Shown here: piece by piece, positions 1 to 9,347 of the stretch | Layout: every line of letters starts with the position of its first letter | How positions within the stretch are numbered: the stretch's first letter is position 1 | Source: Squalus acanthias | Taxonomy: Eukaryota | Direction: 5' to 3' | Length of the DNA stretch: 64,000 bases | NCBI GenBank assembly: GCA_030390025.1 | Contig: CM059432.1 | Location: forward strand, 74,586,001-74,650,000 | Notes under the pieces: model-generated | Databases searched by the model: none | Told to the model about the DNA's origin: nothing | The model's input: the letters and a program-made list of their open reading frames with translations, nothing else | Position numbers and translations under genes: made by a program

Positions 1-288
1 GAGGTTTAGGCAGGGAATTCCAGAGCTTAGGGCCTCAGCAACAGAAGGCACGGCCACCAATGGTTGAGCGATTATAATCAGGGATGCTCAGGAGGGCAGA
101 ATTAGAGGAGCGCAGATATCTCGGGGAGGGGGGTGGGGGGTTGTGGGGCTGGAGGAGGTTACAGAGATAGGGAGGGGCGAGGCCATGGAGGGATTTGAAA
201 ACAAGGATGAGAATTTTGAAATCGAGGCGTTGCTTAACCGGGGCCAGTGTAGGTCAGCGAGCACAGGAGTGATGGGTGAACGGGACCT
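1..288 (-). mobile_element. L2-clade LINE 3' fragment
   Basis: Minus strand reads SPITPVLADLHW..., typical of the C-terminal part of L2 ORF2; homologous to 35794-36250. Confidence 0.8.
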
Positions 289-481
289 GTCACAAATAGT
301 GGAAATACAAATTTTATGGCTCTTCATCATTCTCAAACAAAAAATACATATGCCAAACCCGCTTTTCATGAAGCTAAATCCCCTAGAAGGAGGAATCGTG
401 GAACCCATTTCTAGTGCAAATCCATTCATTTTCCTTTTTAAAAGACCTAACATTTGTAATTACTTTGTCATTTAAATTTTA

Positions 482-905
482 AAGAAAAAAAACTTGCATT
501 TCTATAGCGCCTTTCACGACGTCCCAAAGCGCTTTACAGCCAATGAGCTACTTTTTGAAGCATAGTCACTATTGTAATATAGGAAATGCAGCAGGCAATT
601 TGTGCACAGCAAGCTCTCACAAACAGCAATGTGGTAATGACCAGGTAATCTGTTTTAGTGATATATATTGGCCAGGACACCAGGGATAACTACCCTGCTC
701 TTCTTTGAAATAGTGCCATGGGATCTTTTACATCCACCTGAGAGAGCAGATGGGGCCTCTCGGCACCTCCAACAGTGTAGCACTCCCTCAGTACTGCACT
801 GGAGTGTCAGTCTGGATTTTTGTGCTCAAGTCTCTGGAGTGGGACTTGAACCTACAACCTTCTGACTCAGAGGTGAGAGTGCTACCAACTGAGCCACGGC
901 TGACA
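482..905 (-). mobile_element. tRNA-derived SINE with L2-like tail (SacSINE1/Deu-SINE-like)
   Basis: tRNA-like head on the minus strand (GGCTCAGTTGG...GGTTCAAGTCCC) and L2-type tail; further copies at 16880, 44008 and 60720. Confidence 0.75.
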
Positions 906-930
906 GTCAAAGGTGAACCGATTCAAATTG

Positions 931-1011
931 TGGCAGTGGTGGGATTCCAATCCACGCTCCTGCAGAGACTGCAGTCTTAATCCAGCGCTTAAACCGCTCG
1001 GCCATGCTGAC
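931..1011 (-). pseudogene. tRNA-Leu(AAG) pseudogene
   Basis: Reverse complement GTCAGCATGGCCGAGCGGTTTAAGCGCTGGATTAAGACTGCAG...AATCCCACCACTGCCA resembles vertebrate tRNA-Leu(AAG); B-box mutated (GATTGGAATC). Confidence 0.75.
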
Positions 1012-1024
1012 ATTAAAAGCAGCA

Positions 1025-1217
1025 CCTCCAATGGCTAAGGCCATAAAAAAGCTAATGGAATACTGATTTTTATGGCAAAAGGTACAAAATATAACAGTGG
1101 AGATCTAATGGTAAATATATATAAAAAGATCACAGCTGGAGTACTGTGTGTAGTTTTGGATTCCACACCATAGAAAGGATGTTGAGGCAACAGAGACGGT
1201 ACATCACTAGGGTGCTG
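1025..1217 (+). mobile_element. Degraded CR1 LINE fragment
   Basis: Resembles the KANGIL...LEYCV.FW segment of the CR1 copy at 55990-56190. Confidence 0.55.
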
Positions 1218-1374
1218 CCTTGCTGTCTTTCTTTCTTATTGAATTCACATTTCTCACTGTTTTTTTTAAGTCTTGCTCCTTTGGATGTTTTTTAAAATCC
1301 ATTCTCTACCGTATTGAAAGACCTAGCTCTCTCCTGTTCCCTATGCTGCTCCCCAAGTGGATGCTCCAGTGCTG

Positions 1375-1810
1375 TAGGAAGAAGAGTGAAAGGAAAACTG
1401 TTGAAGAGGGATAAAGGAGAAAAAGGCAAAAAAGCAAAGAAAGAGAGGAAAACGAGAAGGGAGAGAGAAGAAAGTGAAGGGGGAGAGAGCGAGACAGAAG
1501 TGAGAGGGGGAGAAAGACAATGTGAGGGGGAGAGACGAAAATTAGAAGGAAGAGAGATGAGAGTGAGGAGATGAAAGTGAGGGAGTCGAGAGAGACAAAA
1601 TTTGAGGGAGAGAAAAAGACAAAATTGAAGGGGAGAGATTAGGCGAGAAAGGGAGAGAGATGAAAGTGAGGAGGAGAGAAGACAAAAGTAAGGGAGGAGA
1701 GGAACAAAAGTGAAGAAGAAAGGCAGAGAAAGAGAAAGACAGAAGTGTAAGAGGAGAAAGAAACAGAGGAGGTGAGTGAGAGAGAAACAGAAGTGAAGGA
1801 GGAAAGAAAG
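1375..1810. repeat. GA-rich low-complexity tract
   Basis: Polypurine gagaga/gaaa runs. Confidence 0.9.
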
Positions 1811-2078
1811 ATTTTTTGCCAGTAAAGTTAGATTAGCAGGACAAAGGAGGTTAAGTTATTTGGTGGGCCCCAACTCAAAAATGTTCAAGAACTACTGAAA
1901 GAGATAGTTTTATTAACATTTATTGTCAGGAATGACAATTGGCTTGAGTAGGAATACTGGGCCTCCAGTGCTCCTGTCACCATTTTGTCAGTGGTTTCTG
2001 ACATGTTTCCATTTCCAGCTGATATACTCCACTCACAATTGGCTCAAAGAAACTCCAATACTAAAATACATGAGATTG

Positions 2079-3689
2079 TGTAAAATTCGCAATTATCGCG
2101 ATTCGAAATAACGAGATAAAGCAGATTCGTTTCATCAGTTTTATTTCAACGAAAAGCTGTCATGATTAAACAGGACACAGAAGCCTGTAAAATGGCCGCC
2201 GCGCCTCGTGGCAGAAGCTTCCAGAATTTCAGTGGGCAGACAAAATGGCGTTCGAATAAACATTTCAGAAAAGATTGGCTAATACGCAGCAAACACTGAT
2301 AAAGACAGGATGCAACCTGTCTGCATTCGACACAATAGCAAAGATATAAGTGCTGGAATCATTTTCCATGCACAAGTAAGGACCATTGTACTGGGCAATC
2401 GAAGGCCCATCCAGATACATCAATACGCAAATTCCCCACGGCTCTACAATGAGAGAGCCATTCACGGGTGATTAAGTCAGTATTCGAGAAGGCCCCAAAA
2501 CCAGTCAGGGAGACTCCTAGCCGGTTCGACAATGGGGAAAGCATTAACGGGTAGTTGGCCAGTTTAAGGTGCTACCGAAACCCATTACAAACAAGAATCA
2601 CCCCATACTGGGAATTTTGAGCGCCAAGATTTTACAAAGGATGAACATTAAGATTGGGCGGGAGATAAGGAAAACACCGCACTATAACTATAGTGAACAA
2701 ATGTCCATCGGCCTCTTATTCGCTTGACTCTTGACTCTTATCTTGCTGCTGGCTGCTGAACGCTCTTATTCCTCTGATTCTCCCGGGGCTGATTCGTTTG
2801 AACTTTGGAACGAGTCACCTCGACGGAGGCCAGTAACCGGGTGTACCATCCCGAGGGTCGGTAAACGGTGTTCTGGACCCGAAGGCCCGAAGAGACGAGA
2901 CGAGACGAGATGAGAAGAGAAGAAGAAGAGTCCATGTGCCGCCGCGGTCAGTAAACCCCGACCACGCCCGAAAATATATAGACCATTTTTGAACTCTATA
3001 GGTTACTGCACGAACTGGTCAAAGACTCTTCTTTGAATTCTACCGACAACCGGTGTCGGACACAGGAAGACTCTTCTTCGAACCGGGCCCCGAGCACTGT
3101 TGAGTTCTTCATGACAACGGGGAGCCCAGCCTGCTTGCAGCAGCAGCGAAAGTAAACAAGTGGGGTACAGAGACCCCTCAAAACACGTGACAGTCAGGCG
3201 CTGCAGCGAAACGAACCGAGTGCCTCGTTTAAAATTCTCCGAAGTATCACGAGTGGTGAGCATGTTTCCCGATCCTACAAATCTAGATTAGTGTAGGTAT
3301 TAATAGGGGAGGGTGGTTTTTATTAAGGATAAAGTATAATGTGTTCCCCTTTCTACGATATGCCGTGCGTTCTTCATTACCATAGACCAAGCTTTATGAA
3401 TGTATGTATACTTGTACTATCGTTAATTTGTGCCTATGACATGTACTTCATGATTTTAGACGCTATGCAATAAAGATTTCCATTTCGTACTATTCAACCG
3501 GGTCTATCTGAGTTTTTCTCTGCATTACTGCTCTCGCACCTAAGTCCAGTGTTAGAACCGTAAGGGCGAGTGGGTCGAACCACTCACAGGTGCTTATTGC
3601 AACAAGGCTGGCCGGAGACCAGAGCAAGCAATAGTATTAGGCAACGAAGGCCTAACCCCGCACAAGCACCTACGACCGAACCCCTTACA
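2079..3689 (+). repeat. Putative 5' LTR (~1.6 kb)
   Basis: Inverted termini TGTAA (2079) and TTACA (3689); AATAAA at ~3469; abrupt CpG enrichment; ends 74 bp before the gag ORF; no second copy to confirm it. Confidence 0.65.
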
Positions 3690-3762
3690 GAAAATGATGA
3701 CCGCGGCACGAGGCTGGCAGCGAGGGAGTAATGTTTTAGACCCTGGTGTGAATAGGTGAAAT

Positions 3763-5493
3763 GTGATGGATGAGAGGGTAGCCGACTATGTGTTTGGGAA
3801 GGTTAACTTAACCAAAAGGTGGATAAGTGACCTGCTGATGGATAAGCGTCCGCTAGACGCAGCCATCAAATGGACAGACAGTAAAGAGCATAAGAAGTCG
3901 GTAGAGAAAGCGGTCTGGCTGATGTGCTACAAGAAGCAAGTCCAACTTTCGGACCAGGTCATTGTGGCACAGGCAGCTCAGATCAGGGAATTGGGAGTTG
4001 AGATGGAGGAAAAGGTCACGGGAGGACAAAAACTCATCGCATCCTTGAATGCGTTACATCAGGAACGCCAGATAGTAGCCAACCACCATGAGGCTAAAAT
4101 AGATTACCTAGAGTGTCAGGTCACGGAAGCGAAGTTAAACGAGGGTAGGATTAGAGAACGGTGTGCCCGCCTAGCTACCCAGATAAGAGCCCAAGAAGAA
4201 AGCTTGAAGGGAGTTAGGGCGGCATATAAGATGGCCCTCGAAGATAAGCATGAGGGAGCCGACTACAGTGTTTGCCAGAAGGAGATAGGGAGCCTAAGAG
4301 AGGCCCTGAATAAGGCAAACGGCATGGTGTGCCTCATCAGCCCGTCAGCACACCAGCCACAGGTGGGTAGGGAATTCCCCAAATCCCTACCAGACAAAGC
4401 AGAGGAGGTATTTGCCACTGCGCCCTCCGCGCCACCCAGCTATTCGGCAACCTGGGTAAGGAAGGAAGTGGTGGAAATAGAAGAGGAGGTCCCCGAGGTA
4501 GGACAATCCCCAGAGGTAGTGTCGAAGCCGGGACCGTTGTGTCCGCTAACTGGTCACAAGAGGGGCCCGAACGGAGTCAATGGGGAGGACGGGGATGTCC
4601 TGAACCAGCTTGTGTTGCCTCACAGCTCACACCAGCTGAGAGCAATGATTAGTCATGTACGGAAGCTGTCTGAGTCAGACGACCCTTCCGTACACTTCAG
4701 GGAGGTAGAACAGACCGCAGCAATTAATGGCTGCGACGATGCGGAAAAGACTAAAATGTTGCTGTTCTCGTTAGATAGCTCGATCCTTCAGTGTCTCTCA
4801 GACGAGAGCAAGAGGGGAAATAATACCTATGAGAGGTTAAGGGACAAGGTCCTAGAAGTGTTGGGGGCGGACGACGAAGGTCCGTTCGTAAGATTGGGTC
4901 AGACAGTTGAGATGGAGGGAGAACCCCCGAAGGTTTTCGCCGACAGGCTGTGGCCAGTATACCAGCGTAGCTGCCCAGGTGCGCCAGGGTGCGATTATCT
5001 GGACGGCGCCAGTTTAACTCATTGGCTCAGGTGTTTAGTAGCCAACAGTTTGCCAGCCGTCAGGGAGCAGGCCAAAGCGTGGTTTGATCCCACTAACCCC
5101 GCCACTACAGAGGAGTCGGTCCTAAATCGACTCACGATAGGGTATCGTAACACTAGGAGCACGGGAGCGCGTCCCCTTAAGGGAAAGGTGCATGAGGCAC
5201 GGCCCGCAGACCCGGCTCAAAAGGAGTGGCATCAGGAGGTAAACCGCGCCCCACAAACCAGTGGTGTTTGTTACGGGTGCGGAAAGACAGGTCACTGGCG
5301 TAAAAACTGCAGGAATCCCTGGAAGGATTCCAGGGAAAAAGCTCCTGCAGTCCGAACCCAAGCGCCTGTCTCTGAGAAAGGAGCTGGTGTGCCTATCCAT
5401 CCCGATGCGATAGAATCAATGTTAGGAGCCATGCGGTCTCTTATGATTTCGCACGGGAAGGTAGCAACAGCCCCATGCAACCCGGACTTCTGA
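3763..5493 (+). CDS. gag: Gag-like protein: N-terminal coiled coil, capsid-like region, CCHC zinc knuckle
   Basis: 576-aa intact ORF; CYGCGKTGHWRKNC knuckle; major-homology-like GEPPKVFADRL; PPSY late-domain-like motif. Confidence 0.85.
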   Translation: MMDERVADYVFGKVNLTKRWISDLLMDKRPLDAAIKWTDSKEHKKSVEKAVWLMCYKKQVQLSDQVIVAQAAQIRELGVEMEEKVTGGQKLIASLNALHQERQIVANHHEAKIDYLECQVTEAKLNEGRIRERCARLATQIRAQEESLKGVRAAYKMALEDKHEGADYSVCQKEIGSLREALNKANGMVCLISPSAHQPQVGREFPKSLPDKAEEVFATAPSAPPSYSATWVRKEVVEIEEEVPEVGQSPEVVSKPGPLCPLTGHKRGPNGVNGEDGDVLNQLVLPHSSHQLRAMISHVRKLSESDDPSVHFREVEQTAAINGCDDAEKTKMLLFSLDSSILQCLSDESKRGNNTYERLRDKVLEVLGADDEGPFVRLGQTVEMEGEPPKVFADRLWPVYQRSCPGAPGCDYLDGASLTHWLRCLVANSLPAVREQAKAWFDPTNPATTEESVLNRLTIGYRNTRSTGARPLKGKVHEARPADPAQKEWHQEVNRAPQTSGVCYGCGKTGHWRKNCRNPWKDSREKAPAVRTQAPVSEKGAGVPIHPDAIESMLGAMRSLMISHGKVATAPCNPDF

Positions 5494-5527
5494 CTGGAAC
5501 CGGTGCAGCCTGCCTACCTGTGTCCCC

Positions 5528-6574
5528 TTGAAAGACGCGCACAGGAGGGGGGTCTCCTGTAAGGAGGCCAGGTTAAAAGAGCAGGCCTTACGGGAGGAGA
5601 ACGCCCGTTTAATGGGGAAAGTAGACGGGCTAGAAGGGCAGCTTAGAGACATAAAAGCAGCCTACAGGGTAACCAGGAGCAGGGAGTATGAGGATTTAAA
5701 ACAGAATAGAAATCTGCAGCCTCCAGCAGGCGAGATTTCACAGAATGCACAAGCAGGGGCGGTGGCCTGTCTTAGGGGAGGGGCCAGACCTGCGAGTGGG
5801 GAATCTCAGCCCCAAGCAGGACAGCAGGGCACACAGACCGGTAAAGCAGCCTGCTTGAGGGGAGAGGACATTCTAGAAAAGTGTAGGATCTTTTCTTGGG
5901 GTTGGGATGCCGATGAGGAAGAGCTCGAGGAGCTCGACCAAGATAGTGACCCGATCGGAGAGGTGCTGAGATCGGAGGACGAAAGGTTCATCCTCGACTC
6001 AAGCTTAGGGGAGATAGGGATTGTGAGTGGAGATCCACACAGGGTGGAATCAGAAACTGCAGGTCCCGAGCCCAGGGGGGCGGAGCTAGGGGAGACGGAG
6101 CCAGCAGCTGTGGTAGGACCACAGGTCGTGACGGTGGAAGTCTCGGAACCCGGTCCGTCAGCCTTGGAAGTCTTGCCCTTGGGGGAGGTAGGGATTGTGA
6201 GTGGAGGACCACATACTGGGCCAAGTAGGGTGGTACCAGAAACTGCAAATCCCGAGTTCAGGGAGGCGGAGCCAGGGGAGACGGAGCCAGCGGCTGTGGT
6301 AGGACCACAGGCCGTGACGGTGGAAGTCTCGGTACCCGGTCCGTCGGCCCTGGAAACCTTGTCCAATGTAGCCCTCCGTAGGTCAGGTCGGACACCCCAG
6401 CCCAGGAAGACGTGGTCAAGTCCCCCGCGCGCCCCCAGGCGTAAGTTCAAGGTCAAGGCAGCCCAGGGAGATCCCAGTCCCAGCGCAGCAGCGACAGGCT
6501 GCGGCAGATCAAAGGAAGGGGTCAGTGCCCTCCCACCGTTGGGAAAAGCTCGTGGCAGCCTTCGCAGAATTTAG
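5528..6574 (+). CDS. Accessory ORF, probably 5'-truncated: Gag-paralogous coiled coil, repeated acidic/Pro region, basic tail
   Basis: 348-aa open frame; N-terminus aligns by eye to the Gag coiled coil; internal ~55-60 aa tandem duplication. Confidence 0.65.
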   Translation: MKDAHRRGVSCKEARLKEQALREENARLMGKVDGLEGQLRDIKAAYRVTRSREYEDLKQNRNLQPPAGEISQNAQAGAVACLRGGARPASGESQPQAGQQGTQTGKAACLRGEDILEKCRIFSWGWDADEEELEELDQDSDPIGEVLRSEDERFILDSSLGEIGIVSGDPHRVESETAGPEPRGAELGETEPAAVVGPQVVTVEVSEPGPSALEVLPLGEVGIVSGGPHTGPSRVVPETANPEFREAEPGETEPAAVVGPQAVTVEVSVPGPSALETLSNVALRRSGRTPQPRKTWSSPPRAPRRKFKVKAAQGDPSPSAAATGCGRSKEGVSALPPLGKARGSLRRI

Positions 6575-6859
6575 GTAGGCCGCCCTGGGAACGGGCGGTG
6601 CTGTACAGTTTATAAGTTTAGGATAAGTTTATAAGTTTAAGTTTTATAGGTTTTAAATCAGGTTAAGTTTGTAGTTTAAATTTTTTAACAGAAAATGGTA
6701 TAATGATGGGAGTTTAGAGATAGGAATAGTTAAAGTCTATCCAGCATACATGTCTTTTTACGTGAGATGAGGTCAAGGGACCCGCTCACCCTTCACAAAA
6801 GCCAGAGACTCTTGGGAGGCTGGCTACAGCATTTTATCTGATCACAGGAACCAGGAAAG

Positions 6860-7981
6860 ATGGAAAGGATTCTGATAGTGCTCGCAACGATCGGATATGG
6901 ATTGGCCTATCGGGGCCTCACCAAGGATGTCGTTGTGTTTGGTTGCTCCGGGGACATGGCCCCCATCGCGACGGATGGGACCGGGAAGCGAAAGGCTGAG
7001 GAGACCGCCACTTATTTCCACAAGGGAAGGTGGCCGGGATGGCTGGGAACGAATTCAACGGAATACTCCAGTGCATCGGGATTTGCCTACAAAGAGACTT
7101 CTTTACTGTGCCCCAGAGTGAGGATCATTGCGCCCAGAATCAGCGTCACCGTCGGCAAAAGGATTTGTTTGACATGCAATGGGAAGGTCCCATTGAGCCG
7201 ATGGTGGTGGTTACGGAAGTTAAGCAAGAATATGAGAAATTCCTCGGTTGAGTGGGAGCGATTGGGTAACAATACCCATCGGACAATTACGGGGACTAAC
7301 GGACAATTGAAAGTCTGTTGGGACAAATGGTGGGAACCGGATGAGGGAATATATGTTTGTATGTGGGGATCAAAGTACGTTTGCCCCAAGGGTATGTCCA
7401 TATTTTTCGTAAACCAGTGGCAGGATAACGGGAAAGGGATGAGGTGGGATGTCAGCACCAGGGGGTGCGGAGCTCCATACTCCCCGATCCCGGTAAATGC
7501 CACTGAACTCATCACGCGCCCACGCAAGGCCCCGCCCACGATTCCGGTGGTTTTGGCTCAGGAGGAAGGGTGCCCTAAAACCACTAAGGGGCCCAGGAAT
7601 GGTTTGGTACTGGTCCCAACAGACCAGATACTATTTCAAGGGGTACATTACGCGGTGGCCTCGGTGATTCTAAATCTCACCGAGGTGCGGTTGCCAGAGT
7701 GGTGCCCCAAAGAGATGGAACAATTGTATCAGGTCCTGTTGACAAACATGTTTAGACAATTCTACGACATAGTAATCCCACCGTGGTGGGACCTGTTCAC
7801 CAATATTGAAGTGCCTTCATGGATCAGGATAGCCTCCCACATTTTAGTTGTGTGCCAAGTAATAATTGTAGTGTACCTATTGGTCGTGCACTGCAAGAGA
7901 GGCAAGCGCCTCACAAAGCAGGAGAACACAGGAGAGTGGAGAGAACGTTATGTGCGCGTGCACGAGGAAAGCGCCGCGTAA
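6860..7981 (+). CDS. env: Env-like type I membrane glycoprotein with Ig-like domain, apparently internally deleted
   Basis: Signal peptide MERILIVLATIGYGLA; Ig signature C...W...DEGIYVC; N-x-S/T sequons; TM ILVVCQVIIVVYLLVV followed by KRGKR; splice acceptor ...ctgatcacag at 6847. Confidence 0.75.
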   Translation: MERILIVLATIGYGLAYRGLTKDVVVFGCSGDMAPIATDGTGKRKAEETATYFHKGRWPGWLGTNSTEYSSASGFAYKETSLLCPRVRIIAPRISVTVGKRICLTCNGKVPLSRWWWLRKLSKNMRNSSVEWERLGNNTHRTITGTNGQLKVCWDKWWEPDEGIYVCMWGSKYVCPKGMSIFFVNQWQDNGKGMRWDVSTRGCGAPYSPIPVNATELITRPRKAPPTIPVVLAQEEGCPKTTKGPRNGLVLVPTDQILFQGVHYAVASVILNLTEVRLPEWCPKEMEQLYQVLLTNMFRQFYDIVIPPWWDLFTNIEVPSWIRIASHILVVCQVIIVVYLLVVHCKRGKRLTKQENTGEWRERYVRVHEESAA

Positions 7982-8924
7982 ACGGCCAGGATGACGCCGC
8001 TCCATTTTACCATGTGTGTTTTTGTAATTGATTGTTAGTTATGAAGCTATGTAACCAAGTTGGGAACTTTGTATTTTAAAAGAGTTGTTTTTGATTATTT
8101 TTAAATTTTGTATTTTTAAAATGGTTGTTTGATCAGTTTTTTTCCTTGTATAATAAAATACATATACAGGTGGTACGAGAGGTGATCAGCAAGTATATTT
8201 AAAATATTACATATGGGAAGGATTTAGATTGTTCTGACTACATTAAAAAACATCTTGCTGCTATGAGATAAAAAGGAAAAAATTGCAATGCTGGGAATCT
8301 ATCTTTAAACAATGATTATCATTCAGCAAACTAAGTTGAACAAACCAGTTAATTAATGAGCATCCTGATCGTGTGTGATCTCTCTTTTTCCTGCTCTCTA
8401 TGGGTGTTTCTTTCTCTATCTCAATCTGTTTCTATGTGTGTGCGGTTCATTCTGTTTCTGTTTCTCTTGATCTGTCTCCTGAGTGTGGGTCTCAGCATGT
8501 GGCACTATTTCTGACTATCACTGTATCTCTTGATAAATTTTCTCTCCCCTTCCCCCAATCACTCACTCACACACACACAAACACCAATGTGATTTGCAGA
8601 AAAATAAAACTCCTTCACCAGACCTAGTCTAATATGAGAGGTTTGTGCCCGTGTGTGTAGTGGCAACTGTGTTTACCAGATGTTTGCAGAATTGTGGCTC
8701 AGCTTTTTCCATATGCTAAGCATATGGAAATAGATAGAAACGCAGAAAATTTTAAAAACACTTATTCAGATGCATCACGTTTTATCCAGATGATATGAGG
8801 TGGGGGTGGGGGTGGGGGAGGACATTCAACTAGCGTGCAAAACTGATGTGAGGCACCAACCCTTTTCAGGTTTGTTGAGCTCAACTAATGGCTACTTCTA
8901 GACTGAAAGGCAAAAAATGTCATC

Positions 8925-9347
8925 AGGACCAAATTTGTAATTTTAGTTTGAGGCTTGAGCGGGAGAACAGCGCGGCTTCCCCGTCCAGCCGGGAGCCGAA
9001 TCGTGGGGCCAGCAAGGTGAGTTTGAAAAATTAAATTTTAATTTTCCTTGTGGGCCTGAGGAGCAGGAGTGCTCCTCCAGGCGTCACAAGGAAGCCTTGG
9101 GGCTCCCTTGTCCTGGGCCCCTCTGTTCCCCCGATCACCTCCTGAGCCCCCCCTCCCTCCCTCAACTGACAGCCTCCTGCCGCCAAACTTCCGCCTCCGG
9201 CCAGCTCATGAATCTAGCCGGGTTCGGGTATGACTCTGGGAGAATTTGTGTAGGATCGGCTGGGCCCCCACATTCCCAGCTCCCCGGGTATTCCATCCGC
9301 TTCAGGGATCGGATGCTCCGTATCCGTCCCCACTTTAAAATCGGGGC
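8925..9347. mobile_element. Degraded MITE (Harbinger-like)
   Basis: GC-rich island ending in TTTAAAATCGGGGCC, a terminus like those of other MITEs in this window. Confidence 0.45.

Larger units (their letters stand above)
2079..8190 (+). mobile_element. Endogenous retrovirus-like element (LTR-gag-ORF2-env), pol deleted and 3' LTR missing; lokiretrovirus-like
   Basis: LTR-like segment with TGTAA...TTACA termini followed by three long ORFs; no RT or integrase motifs; 3' boundary approximate. Confidence 0.75.

Noticed and set aside
7982-8400. 3' LTR of the retrovirus-like element
   Set aside because: No similarity to 2079-3689 seen here or elsewhere in the window
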